A stretch of 63,900 nt of DNA, the filler included, from Octopus bimaculoides (taxonomy: Eukaryota), in NCBI RefSeq assembly GCF_001194135.2. It is 5 parts of 4 records of this genome, joined end to end, with 100 filler letters (N's around TTAATTAATTAA, not from the genome) between each part and the next. Parts side by side here need not be neighbours in the genome. Positions count along the whole stretch, not along the records: positions 34,462 to 61,174 come from NC_069000.1; 4 more parts are not named here. One strand, given 5' to 3'. Both the position numbers and the translations under genes were made by a program. Positions 37,031 to 50,314 of the stretch are shown piece after piece. How positions within the stretch are numbered: the stretch's first letter is position 1; each line of letters begins with the position of its first letter. Under the pieces are notes generated by a model that was not told where the DNA came from, made no database searches, and saw nothing but the letters and a program-made list of their open reading frames with translations.

Positions 37031-37669
37031 AAATAAATCTTGCAATTGTGAGTACAACACCCTAGCCACTATACATGTGTGTGTGTGTGTTTATGCCTGT
37101 TGTCTGAGCAATGTGAAATGAAGTGCTTTGCTCAAGAACACAATGCAATGCCCGGTCTGGGAATTGAACCCACAATCTTGCAATTGTGAGTGCAACACCC
37201 TAGCCACTATACATGTGTGTGTGTGTGTGTGTGTGTTTATGTCTGTTGTTTGTGTTTGTGTCCCCCACCCATTTAACAACCAGTGTTGGGTTGTTGGGTT
37301 GTTTACATTCCTGAAACTTCGTGGTTCATCAAAATAGAACAATAGAATAAGTACCAGACTTTAAAATAAATAAGTCCCAGGGTCGTTCTATTTGACTAAA
37401 AGCCTTCAAGGTGGTGCCTCAGCATGGCTGCAGTCCAATGTCTGAAACAAAACGAAACAAAACAAAAAACAAAAAATTTCCAGGTGAAGACTCCAATCCC
37501 AGTAACTTTATCACTATCATATTTTTCATACTTGGTTCAATGTATGTAATTGTATCTTAAGAGTACTTGACATTGCTCTCTTTTATATATTACCTTGTCA
37601 CATCTTATTAACACTATTTTTCACAGCAAATAGTGTTGGTATATCAGTCATTGTTGGCATTAATTAATT

Positions 37670-37816
37670 CGTGGTAAGTAGCTTGCTCACCAACCACATG
37701 GTTCCAGGTTCAGTCCCACTGCGTGGCACCTTGGGCAAGTGTCTTCTACTATAGCCTCGGGCCGACCAAGGCCTTGTGAGTGGATTTGGTAGACGGAAAC
37801 TGAAAGAAGCCTGTCG

Positions 37817-37857
<41 letters not shown>

Positions 37858-37908
37858 ATGTGTTTGTGTGTCTATGTTTGTCCCCCCAACATTGCTTGAC
37901 AACCGATG
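37670..37908 (+). mobile_element. Young SINE family A copy (runs into an N gap)
   Basis: Close to the family consensus with CpGs retained (ACTGCGTGG, CTCGGGCCGACC, GACGGAAAC). Confidence 0.85.
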
Positions 37909-40759
37909 NNNNNNNNNNNNNNNNNNNNNNNNNNNNNNNNNNNNNNNNNNNNNNNNNNNNNNNNNNNNNNNNNNNNNNNNNNNNNNNNNNNNNNNNNNNN
38001 NNNNNNNNNNNNNNNNNNNNNNNNNNNNNNNNNNNNNNNNNNNNNNNNNNNNNNNNNNNNNNNNNNNNNNNNNNNNNNNNNNNNNNNNNNNNNNNNNNNN
38101 NNNNNNNNNNNNNNNNNNNNNNNNNNNNNNNNNNNNNNNNNNNNNNNNNNNNNNNNNNNNNNNNNNNNNNNNNNNNNNNNNNNNNNNNNNNNNNNNNNNN
38201 NNNNNNNNNNNNNNNNNNNNNNNNNNNNNNNNNNNNNNNNNNNNNNNNNNNNNNNNNNNNNNNNNNNNNNNNNNNNNNNNNNNNNNNNNNNNNNNNNNNN
38301 NNNNNNNNNNNNNNNNNNNNNNNNNNNNNNNNNNNNNNNNNNNNNNNNNNNNNNNNNNNNNNNNNNNNNNNNNNNNNNNNNNNTAGAACTTAATAAGAAG
38401 TGATATGATACAAAGAATTAATGCATTAAATGCAAGAGTATTATGCTGAAAAACTGGTAGACTGACACATTGTGTCTTGTGAAAATAAGGTTAGTAACAG
38501 ATAAAAATACTAATAAAGTGAGCTGCTGCTGCTGGTGAAGACGAGAGTAGTGATAACTGAAAATAGTAATTAAGATATATATACATATATATATATACAT
38601 TGTACCATATTTAGAAAACAGTAGTAGTAAATGTACTGGGATTTAGTTACTTTGTGATATTCTAACAAATTATATTTCTAGCAGTCACACCTGGCCTTGC
38701 TTAAGTGTATTAATTAAGTTTATTAATACAAGAAAGTTGTTGATTCACTCAGAATTGTTGCATCCAAGTAATACAAAAGAGGGCTTGAGTTTAGTGTTAG
38801 AAGTTTTTATCTTTTATCTTTTACTTGCTTCAATCATTGAACTGTGGTCATGCTGGGACACCATCTTGAAGGGTTTTAGCTGAACAATTCCACCTCACTG
38901 CTTATTATTTTAACCTCTTAAAATACACATTTTTTTTCAGTTTCCATGCAAAAAATATCATATTCTTTTATTATTTATTTTGAATCTGTATATAAAGAAG
39001 AATAAGTACACAAATTATTTTGGATCAGTTAGGATTTACTATGAAGTTACTGATAGAAAATGGGAATAACATTATGAACGAAGTATTTCAGGTTAGAAAT
39101 AAATGACAGATACCTTATATTTACTAGACATCTCTGAATGAAAATATACAGGATAACATGTCAAGAGGTTAAAGCCTGGTACTTCTTCTATTTTAGGTTC
39201 TCTATTTGTTTGTTAATCCTTTTATGCGCAAGTACAGGTGTGGCTGTGTGGTAAGAAGTTTGCTTCCCAACCACATGGTTTTAGGTTCAGTTCCATTTGG
39301 GGGCAAGTGTCTTTTACTATAGCCCTGGGCCAACTAAAACCTTGTGAGTATTTGGTAGACTGAATCTGAGGAAGCCCATCTTATATACTTCTGTATGTAT
39401 ATATATATAAAAGAGTAAAGACCCCTTCTAGTTGTGAATGACCATGGAATTACAACCTCCAAGGCACAAGTCCAGGCAAGGCCATTTGTGGAAGACCAGC
39501 AGTCACCCATGCATATCAGCTTCCCCTCTCCATGCCACCAATGTTATCCAAGGGAAAGGCAAAGGCTGATAGTTTGATACCAGTGATGTTGCAACTCATT
39601 TCTACAGCTGAGTGAACTGGAGCAATGTGAAATAAAGTGTCTTGCTCAAGAACACAACAGAGTCCAGTCTGGGAATTAAACTCACTACCTCATGATTGTG
39701 AGCCCAGCACTCTAAACCATATATGCGCCTTCATATACCTATATATATATGTATACGTATCTATGTGTGTGTATCCTTGTGTTTGTGTTTGTTACCCACC
39801 ACCACTTGACCAGAAGTGTTGGTTTGTTTATGTCTCCATAGCTTAGCAGTCTTCGCAAAAGAAGTTAATAGAATAAGCACCAGGCTTGAAAAATAAGTGC
39901 TGGGATCAATTTGTTTCATCAAGGCAGTGTCTCAGCCTGGCAGCAGCCAAATGAAGTTAACAAAATAAATGATGAAAGATACATATGAAAATATGCTTTA
40001 GTTGAAAATAAACAAGGAAAAATATCGATATTTTGAGATAATGAAAATGCAATTCTGTGTCAGAAATATGCTTCAACATTAAATGCAACATGTTTTTAGT
40101 AGTATTTATAAGACTGACCAGCACCAATTAAAAAATTTTTTGATTAAATTAGATTACAACTACAGTAATTATTCAGAATACAATTTCTGTAATTATGTAG
40201 CTGTAGATGATGGCCTCTCCTGTTGATTGTTGTGTATGATTGTCCAATTGTTTGATCAACTGAATGACTTAATAATCAAATAAGCATGAGAAGTGGTTGA
40301 GTATTCTACAGACACATGTACCCTTAACATAAATCTTAAGTGCTGTATTTGATGGCATATAAGACATACCTTTCTTCCCCCCCAAAAATGTCTGAAAAAT
40401 CACCCTGGTCCCAAATTTTGAAGTTGGTTCTCCCATAAGCTAATTTTATCACTGAAAACACTAAATACCTTTTTTTCATTTGAATATACGCTGTTGAAAT
40501 TGTGGTGCATCTAGTATGCCCTTTGTGTCTTTTATACCTTCAAATATAGCATAATGAGTGTAATACTATGTGTGACGAAGTTGAACCTTTGAATTACTGG
40601 TACTATTCATCTGATGAGCTTCTACACAGTTTCCATCTATCCGGTTTCACTCACAAGGTTTGGGTCAGTGCAAAGATGTTACGAAGACACTTTCTCAAGG
40701 TGCTATGCTATGCAGTGATATTGAACCCAGAACTTCATAATTGCTAAGCAAACTTCTTA

Positions 40760-41085
40760 ACCATTCAGCCATGCCTGATATAAATAAATGCTGGTGTCAC
40801 ATAAAAAGTACCTATGGAAGTGCCACATAAAAGCACCTGTGCTGGTGCCACATAAAAGTGCTTGTGCCAGTGCCACATAAACTAGTGCCGCATAAAAGTG
40901 TCCATGCTGGTGCCATGTAAAAAGCACCCAGTACACTCTGTGAAGTGGTTAGCATTAGGAAGGGCATCCAGCTGTAGAAACCATGCCAAAACAGACAATT
41001 GGAGTTTTGTGCAGCTGCCCAGCTTCTGTCAAACCATCCAACCCTGCTAGCATGGAAAGCGGGCATTAAATGATGATAATGATGG
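40760..41085 (+). mobile_element. 3' end of an RTE-like LINE (UTR with about 19-bp GTGCCACATAAAAGC tandem units and a GATGAT tail)
   Basis: The same module recurs at about 41750-41950 (-), 44905-45215 (+), 48690-48830 (-), 48880-49125 (+) and 51600-51795 (+). At 44.7-45.2 kb it directly follows an RTE ORF end. Confidence 0.65.
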
Positions 41086-41749
41086 GTATATATCAGAGAC
41101 ATAGACAAAAATGTAGATAAATATCAAACATAGATAACTATCAGAGTGCTATTCGTATCCAACATTGCAAATACAATGATAATATAATGATGATAACAAA
41201 AGCTTAGCAAGAGGAAAGTCGGAGGTGACTAGGCCCCTCTCAACCAACCCAGCATATATGTTAAGGGGTGTAAAATCTTCCTTCTGGCCTACCATGCCTG
41301 TTAATTAGGATGAGAGTAGCAAAGGCATCCTTGCCCCTCCAGAGACATTGAGAACAGTTTTTGTGTCACTGGTTGCTTATAACGAGGAATAAAATACAAT
41401 GAATAGTATAATGAGAAATAACGACAGAGTGGGTAGAGAATTAACGAGCTGACCTATTTTTAATAAATATTTTCAAATGCATTAATTTCAGTAAATAAAT
41501 GCTCATATTTTATAAAAGTCATTGAATAGAATCATTTTTAAAATGTGTAGAATGTGTACATGGTGTGTATGTATGTATGTGTGTGTATGCATATATATGT
41601 GTGTGTGTGCATGGGTGTGTGTAGGGCCATACACTTGTACAACACGCACATACACACTCACAAACACACAGACATATACAGTCACATATGTATACATACA
41701 TAATCCATATATATATATATATGTGAATGTGTGTGTATATGTATCATCA

Positions 41750-42180
41750 TCATCATCCTTATCATTTAACATTTGTTTCCCAAGCTGGCTAAAGCTGAAT
41801 GGTTTGACAGGATTCAACAAGTTGGAAGACTGCCTTCTACTCCAGTGTCTGTTTTCTCATGGTTTCTATGGCTGGATGCCATTCCTAATACCATCCACTT
41901 CACAGAGTGTACTGGGTGCTTTGTTTCATGGCACAAGCTCTAGCTGCTATGCCTTTAGAACATCCTAGGTCACCTAGTTAATGGAAGCTATCTACTCCCT
42001 CTGGGGATCTTACTGAGCATTTGAGTAAATCGATTTTCTGTGCACTGTTAGTGTTTATTACTCCGGTGCATCTGCCACATACAAAGTCTACTTTTCCTGT
42101 TAACTTGCAAGTGATACCAGTCCACCACTTGTATGTCCATAGTGTGCATTGGTTACATTGTACAGAAATTCTATCCACTC
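41750..42180 (-). mobile_element. RTE-clade LINE fragment (Cys-rich insert and RT thumb) joined to its 3' UTR
   Basis: ORF 41978-42178: SVQCNQCTLWTYK...DFVCGRCTG...EGVDSFH*LGD, resembling the RTE (L/V)E.VDSF.YLG motif preceded by a PHD-like CxxC...CxxC cluster. Confidence 0.7.
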
Positions 42181-44689
42181 TTTTTCTATATGTTTAGCAA
42201 GGTTATTTCTCTGATGGTAGCAGAGTCCTATCTGTTTTTCTATTTACTAAAACTTTAGTTTTTGCTAAGTTGAATTTGAGACCGTTTAATTCCAGGTTTT
42301 GCTTCCACACTTGCAATTTTTTTTCTAATTCTACTAACATTCAGCTATAAGAACAAGATCATCAGCCTAAAGGAGTTTCTGCAGGTATCTGGTCATAAAC
42401 TCCTCTGTTATGGTGTGGAGGACTATGATAAATAGAAGGAGACCAAAAATGAAGCCTGGTTGGACTCCTACCTGAACACTGAATTTACCACTGTAGTTAT
42501 TGCTAACTGTCACCTTGTTTTGTAGCAGAGACCAGTATTGGAGATTAAAATCTGTATCATAATAGTTTATCTAAAACAACTGTTATAGTAAAGATGATGT
42601 GTGTAATCTTTTTTATATTTCATTTTAGAAGCTAAGTATTTCTCAAACTACATTTTGATTTTTTTTTATTGAAAAGAGATCATTTGAATAATAATGACAT
42701 TCCAAAAGTAAATGTTTTCACTTGCTTTTCTAGTCAAATTGCAAAGCATAAATTTGATAATATTTATAATGCTTCAGATTATATATGCTGTTATTACCCT
42801 CACCTTGTTTGCACTCAACCTAGTTTGAAAATACTGGTAAGTATTTACTTGCTTTTAAGATTGGTTTCATGTAAAAAGATTTTTAAGAATGGTTTCATTG
42901 TAAAGGTAGTAATGACAAATAAAAATTCTCATGGATACAAACCTTTATAGCTCAAGCTGAAACCCCAATTTACCCTATTTTTAAACCCATAAAGTTGCTT
43001 TATCCTGAACCCTTGATCTATCCCTTTTGCTTTCCTCTTTTTTAGGAATGAATCTGTGGCATCAAATTCTAGTGCTTGACTGCAGATTACAAGTTCTCAG
43101 TATACTTTGATGGGAGTATTAACACATGAGTTTTGTAGAAACAATTGCCAATGTGTTTATACTGATTGAAAACTGATGAAAATGATGTCAAAGAATCATG
43201 AAGCATTGTTTTGTTACTAAACAACTTAAGTAAAATAGAATCAAATATTAAGGTTTGAGCTTTCAGAACAGAGTTTATAGTATAACAAGTTAAGCAAAGA
43301 TTGTAATCTAATATTATTGCAGTAGTGAAGAAATCAAATAATAGGGACAGTGATGGATTGACATGTTAGTGTTGCGATAAACATCTGTAGAATTAGTGGA
43401 TCTGCTCAATTGCCAGTAAGAATAAGTGATCAACAATTACAGAGAATAGGTGTGCTTATCACAATAGAATATGGTAATAATGTAGTGATAGGAAATAGAA
43501 TATACATTTATTTGACTGGAGTTATTGCTGTAACATTTTTTATAAAGTATTTTTATTGCATCTCGGGAAGGTCAATATGCCAATAATAAATGCACGCCCT
43601 GCTTCTATTTCTCTTTTATTACTGTTATTATTAGTTAATTTATTAACATTTAACCATTTAACTAATCAATTGTTTGATTAATCATTTGGTCAATAAAGCA
43701 ACAAATGAAGGCACCTGTGATCACAATGTTGAGGTTTCAGTTCCCAGACTGGGTGGTGCATTATATTCTTGAGCAAAACCTATCATTTCAGATAACTCTA
43801 ATCCACTCTGTTGTAAATGAGTAATCCTACAAAGAACTGGCATCTTGTCCAGGGGGAATGTGATCTCAGTCACTTATATGCCATGGAAACTGGTTAATCA
43901 GCCCTATGATCCTAGAACCCAAGACAGTAATGTCTAGGGTAAACTTTTACAATCAGTCAAACAGCTAAGTTTGTCAAAGTTCTTCTGTCACCATTCATAA
44001 TCTCATCAATGACATCCCCTCTCTACTCCAGGTCTGCTTTTACAAACATTGAGCATTTTTCAAAGCAACAAATGTAGTCTTTTGTTGTATCCCGGTGTTT
44101 AGTAGAGGTGGGGACTCCTTAGGGCAGATGTCATTCTTTTTTTATTGAGGTTGTTTGATTGGTTCCATTGCATGTAACTTAGGTGTTTTTATTGCTGTTC
44201 TGTATAAGTCTCATAGCGATAATTATGTAAGGGTTTATGTTTGAGATTTGATATTTCTATTTGTAACAATAGGCAGATGTTGACAAAATGGACATATTAC
44301 TCTAATAATTCAATGTTTCACTCTTGTTTTGTGTTTATTAATTCTCAGGCAATCGTTTACGTTTTTAGCACTGTTGGCATCACTGGATTGAATGGTTCTG
44401 CCCAGGTGTCAAGACTACAATGATATCTATTAAGCAGCTGATGATAGATGTGCATGTTTGATGTGCTTATTAACTGTGAATCTTTTGTATCTTGCGTTCT
44501 CGTAGTTCTAAGTTGTCCTTTATTGAAATTATAGCTCTCATAGGTTTTAAACTTATTTAGAAGTTTTTGGTTTCTTGGTTTATGCTAGTTTTTTTTTTTT
44601 TTTTGTATATACTATACCAGACATCACTATTGTAAGATTGTCCTCCATTGGGGTTCTAATTTTTGTATGGGTAATTTAAGGGTTTCTAG

Positions 44690-45215
44690 TTTATGGACGT
44701 TTTCTTGTGATATGGATGGATGCCAACAGCTCCATAAAGAAGTGCTGATCTCTCAAAGAGGATGGAACACATGGAAGTGGGAGATCCAGAAAACATAGGA
44801 TGAAGTACTGAAGAACGACCCCAGGAAGCCAAACCTTTCAGGCAAGATGACAAAGGACTGAGATACCTGACCATACTCGAGAAGACCCATACCCCAAAGC
44901 AGATGTGTTAAGACCAATCCTGCTGGTTGTGTAAAGCACTTGTGGTGGTGCCACATAAAAGCGCCTATGTGGTGCTATATAAAAGCACTTGTGCAGTGCC
45001 ACATAAAAGTGCCCATGTGGCAACACGCAAAAGCACCCATGCAGTGTCTCATACAAGCACATGTGGTGTCACCTAAAAGCACCCAACATACTCTGTAAAG
45101 TGGTTGGCATTAGGAAAGGCATCCAGCCATAGAAACCATGCCAAATTGGCCTGGAGTCTGGTGCAGCCCACCCCCATCCCCACCTTATGAGTTTTGGTCA
45201 CACTGTCCAACCCAT
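44690..45215 (+). mobile_element. RTE-clade LINE 3' end (degraded ORF end plus 3' UTR)
   Basis: Across frameshifts: MDANSSIKKC, GSGRSRKT*DEV, DPRKPNL, ILEKTH, resembling the RTE C-terminus (GR.RKTW.EV), followed by the GTGCCACATAAAAGC UTR module. Confidence 0.65.
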
Positions 45216-45499
45216 GCCTGCTATTCTAGTTGACAGTTCTTGGACAGGTAAAGCAATAAAGACTGTGAAGGCAGCGAAAGGCTCTAGTCCATTAAGAATT
45301 GCTGCTAAGAGGATTAAAATACCTGGTGGAGTAGGATACAACCAAGTTGCCTGTATTGTCAATTCAATTGTACCAGAAAGTGTCATAACCATTGTTTGAC
45401 ATAGCAGCATTATCATGGACTATTTACAAGGATAAAGGAGATACCTTAGAGAGACATATTTACAGGGGGCATATATTGTTTGATGTGTAAAATATTCAC

Positions 45500-46184
45500 T
45501 AACAGAAATTCATAAAAATATAGTTATCCCCGAATCAGTCCCAATTTCTGGATTAATCCAAAACGGATTCTTTGGGGATAACTATATTTTTATTAATTTC
45601 CTCATTTCAACATGTGGTGTAATAATATAAGTGAATATTTTATGTGGTTAGTCGATTTAGCGTCTATTTTTCAGTATATTGGCAAAGAAAATTTTTCTTT
45701 TGCCCTTATTTATAATTGCATTTATAATCTTCACCTTAAAAGGTATTTTTCATATGCTTGCCACTGATAAAATTTTTTAATAAAATATTATCCTTATATT
45801 AGAAGTAAATTAATTTTCATTCACTTAGGGACTGGTTAACCACTTGTATTCATTTCCTGAACGACTACACTTGTATCAAGGCTTGCTACGGAATTTCTAT
45901 TTGGATATATTTAGGGTACTTAAATGTATTCATGACTTTGCATCTGCTTTCTCGTGGGTATGTCTAAGTATTTTATCTATTTTCATTTAGTGTTCCTCGC
46001 TGATGAAGGAAGAATCCTTTTTGGATATATCCAGAAATCAGAATCAATTTGGGGATAGCTATATTTTTATGAATTTCTGTTAGCTTGCTTTCCTCGTTTC
46101 AGCATGTAATATAAGTGAATATTATGTGGTTAGATGATTTAGCGTCTATTTTTCAGCATATTGGCAAAGAAAAATTTTCTTATT

Positions 46185-46190
<6 letters not shown>
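45500..46190 (+). mobile_element. Penelope-like element remnant: partial direct terminal repeats plus an inverted 5' segment
   Basis: Direct repeat about 45571-45700 vs about 46048-46181. 45500-45572 is the reverse complement of about 46010-46082. CTGATGA at 46000 and GAAA at 46034. Ends in (TA)n. Confidence 0.55.
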
Positions 46191-46277
<87 letters not shown>

Positions 46278-47321
46278 ATTCTTCCTTGCTTACAATGGAA
46301 CAAAACCCTTGAAGTGAAGTTTCTCATTGAACTTAGAAGTGTCTTGTATACTTTTTCTGTTCCGCTTTCAGATTGCATTCGCAAAGTGCATGTCAGCTGG
46401 TAACTTTCTTTGACTGAGAGCTGCAGCTTTTCTTATTTTTCATGAATACCTCTAAGACATCTCATAAGGTAGCTGAGTCCACCATTACTTACAGATATAA
46501 TTGATTTAGTAGAGCTGTAAGTTTCAGAGCTGTTTTCTATAAATATTCTTCATTTTTTTCTTCACTAGTTTATTTGCTTTTGCATCCTAAAGACCTATAT
46601 CATGTGTGTTATGTTACAACACAATAGGAGTTTTTGATAAGAATTTTCCACAAGTGCTTCTTGTGTTGAAACCTATCTATGTACTCTTTTACAGAAATAT
46701 CTTTTATATTTCTCTCTGTTAAATTTTTTACTATATGTGCAGACATGTGTATATGTATGTATATACATGTTTGTACTTGTGTTTTCTTCCTTATTGATTT
46801 AGAAAGAAAGTTTCACATCTGTAGAGCTGCTAACTCCAGCCAAGTAGCAGCATCTTCCATTGAAGAGCTGTTGGTGTCGTGGTATATGGAGTCACGATCT
46901 TGTGATACTGGTGTATATCTTTGTCACTGGGGGAGGGGCAACCCTTTAAAGCTCTACATTTTAGGAAGAAAAGAAGAGGGAGCAGAAAAGGTAGTCATAC
47001 ACAAAAGTAAGTTGACAGCCTTCAAGAATGTATGTGTGTGTGTGCCTATATAATATATTCTGTATGTGTGTGTGTATGGATATCTGACTGTATACATATC
47101 CATACTTGAATGTCTGCATGCATGCATATGTGTATGTATGTATGTATGTATGTATGCATGTATGTATATATGAATATATTAATTGAAGTGTACAGTACTA
47201 TATATCCATAATGGCCAATCTTATCAATCAGTTTCAAACTAGGGGTTCAACAGTGTTAGGTAACAGTGCGATTATGTAACCCTCTACTGTTCAGAGTGGC
47301 CATTATGGAATGAAATATGGT

Positions 47322-47360
<39 letters not shown>

Positions 47361-47810
47361 GACTATATATGTGTATCTATATAGGTGTGTGCATCATAAA
47401 ATATTTTTAAGAGTATGGTTTTATTACTGAGAATTCAATTCCCATCAGTTTATATTTTTTTCTCTATTTCATTTTATTTCATATTAATTATAGATATATA
47501 TATAATCTAGTTACAACAGTAGTGGCATCATTTTTGACATCAACTGAAATAAGGATGAAATTCTATTCTGATATGCAATAGTTCTTGTAGCAGTGATGAT
47601 TGAAAAATATTCTCTCAAGTACTTCACAAACTGCATTAATAGATTTCAATCAATGAACACAGTATCAAATACAAAGTTCTATACAATGACTACAGACTAT
47701 TTATTGCTATTTATGGAATAGAAAAATGGGTAAGCAAAAGCTCAGCCCTAATAGCATTGAGCACTCACAAATATTTATTGAAAAAAAAAAAAAAAAAAAT
47801 TAATTTAAAA

Positions 47811-47901
47811 ATAGCCATCTATGTATCATACTTAATGCATACACACTCATGATACACTAGTTACTGTGATATTACATTAAGTATGATACATAGATGACTA
47901 T
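47811..47901. mobile_element. 91-bp mini-MITE or hairpin with 27-bp TIRs
   Basis: ATAGCCATCTATGTATCATACTTAATG vs CATTAAGTATGATACATAGATGACTAT (1 mismatch). A solo end is at 31189-31215. Confidence 0.7.
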
Positions 47902-48473
47902 CTTAATTTAAACTTTTCTTCAATTGTGTATACCGGACTTTATTTTAATTTAACATATGTGCTACGAGAAAGAAAATATTCCCTTTTGAAACATTTTCAT
48001 TTTCATTTTTTAGCTTGCTTAGCTTCTTGCCTTTTCATTTGCTTCTCCAAATTTATTCTTGGATTAAAAACTGAAATGTATCTGTGATGCTGTAATCCTA
48101 AATAATATTGCTTATAGTGTATCTAACACAGTGATTTTATTTTAGTCTTGTAGTTTGTTTGTTTTTGCTTGTTTTGTTTTTTTACTCTGTAGTATTATAT
48201 ATATATATATAAATATGTATATATAATCATATAGTTACCACTGTAGTACTGTTTGCCTGATGTAGTTTAATTTTAATTACCCTTGTGAGATTTATTTATT
48301 TTTTTCCTTTTGTTTTTGAATGTTGCTTTTTTATGTTTGCTTTCCCCTATTTGTTTTGACATTCTACTTTTTGTTTTTTGTTTTTAATATATACTCTGTT
48401 TTAATTCAATTTAACCCATGTTTTGTTTGTTCCTCCCCAATAGTCACAGCACTCCAATTTGACAATGTGTATG

Positions 48474-48524
<51 letters not shown>

Positions 48525-48527
48525 ATG

Positions 48528-48562
<35 letters not shown>

Positions 48563-50004
48563 TATAAATATAGCTGCATGAAAATAAACCTACCCATTAA
48601 CATAATGTAGTATATGATATTAAACACTCATACACTAAAATGTACAAGCACCCAAATACAATGGCAGGCACAAGTGAAAATGAGAATCATCCTCATTGTT
48701 TAATATCCACTTTTCTATGCTTGCATGGATCAAATGGAGTTTATCGGGGCAGATTTTCTATGGCTGGATGCCCTTCCTCTCACCAACCCTCACCTGTTTC
48801 CAAGCAAGGTAATATTTTCCCTGGCCAAACGTGACTTCCAAAGAAGAATGGAAATCGAAATTTTTAACTGAAAAAAACTTGATTGATGGTTACCACATAA
48901 AGAGCGCCTGTGCCAATGCCACATATAAAACACCCATGCTGGTGCCACATAAAAAGCACTTAGTGCACTCTGTAAAGTGGTTGATGTTAGGAAGGGCATC
49001 TGGCTGTAGAAACAATGGCAAAACAGACAATTGAAGCCTGGTGCAACTCTCTGGCTGGCCAGCTCCTATCAAATCATCCAACTCATGCCAGCATGGAAAA
49101 TGGACATTAATAATGATGATGATCCTTTGCAAAATAAAACTAGAAGGAACTTTGGTTGTGGACTCAATCTATCACACTGTTTGATTTAACATACTGTTAA
49201 ACTTGGCACTTTGGATACCTTTAGCAGACTTACCTCTGTTGCAAGACTTCAGGCCAAATGTCTGGTTTGAGGATACTTTCCCCTTCCCCCGTACTAGTCT
49301 CAGGGGCTCTGTCAAGTCAAAGGTCAAGAGCACTGTGGGCACTGACTTCTCTTTCAACTAAAAAAAAAAATTTTTAATTAGGAACTTAATAAGTTTATGG
49401 TGCATGCACTGACATGGTGGTGTGGTTAAGTTCACTTTTCAGTCATGGGATTTGGGGTTGGGCAAATGTCTTTTACTATAACCCTGGGCCGACCAGTACC
49501 TAGTGAGTGAATTTGGCAAACAGAAACTGTGTGGAAGCCCATCATGTGTGTGCTTGTGTTTATCTGTCCCCCCCTCCCATCTCCACCACTTGGTAATCAG
49601 TGTAGGTTTGTTTATGTCCTTGTAACTTAGCAGTTGGGCTCATAGAATAAGTACCAATCTTCAAAAATAAGTACTGAGGTCAATTTGTTTGACTCAACTC
49701 TTTAAAGCACTGCCCCAGCATGGCCACAGTCAAATGACTGCAAAACAAGTATAAAATAGATGAGTTACCATCATCTCTCTCTCTTGTCTCTCTCTTGTCT
49801 CTCTCTTGTCTCTCTCTCTCAGTAAAGTAGAAGCTATGTGTATCAACAACAATATTTTGTTAACGGACAGATATATTTAGATTTGATATTTTTAAAAAAA
49901 ATTTTCTAAATTCTTTCTATTTTTAATTTAGAAATATTTTTAATAAAATATGTGAATTGTGTTGAAACAGATAATTACACTGAGAGTCATTTTGACTAAT
50001 GAAG

Positions 50005-50055
<51 letters not shown>

Positions 50056-50167
50056 GGATGACATGGAAATTTATGAAGTGTTCCATATTTTTCTAAAGTA
50101 GAAATGCTCCAACATGGCCTGAGCCTTTGGGCTGGAACACATAAAACAAAATAAAGGAAAACACATA

Positions 50168-50204
<37 letters not shown>

Positions 50205-50314
50205 ACACACACAAAGCACTATAATATTCACTTTTCATTTATTTCTTAATAAATAATAGTACAGTTTATTCAGAAAAATAGTGGGATTGTGTTAGTGACC
50301 GCAGGTTGCAGAAA

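Noticed and set aside
38400-41460. Protein-like minus-strand frames at about 38.4-38.6 kb and 41.1-41.5 kb
   Set aside because: Interrupted by in-frame stops with no family motif; cannot be distinguished from AT-rich noise.
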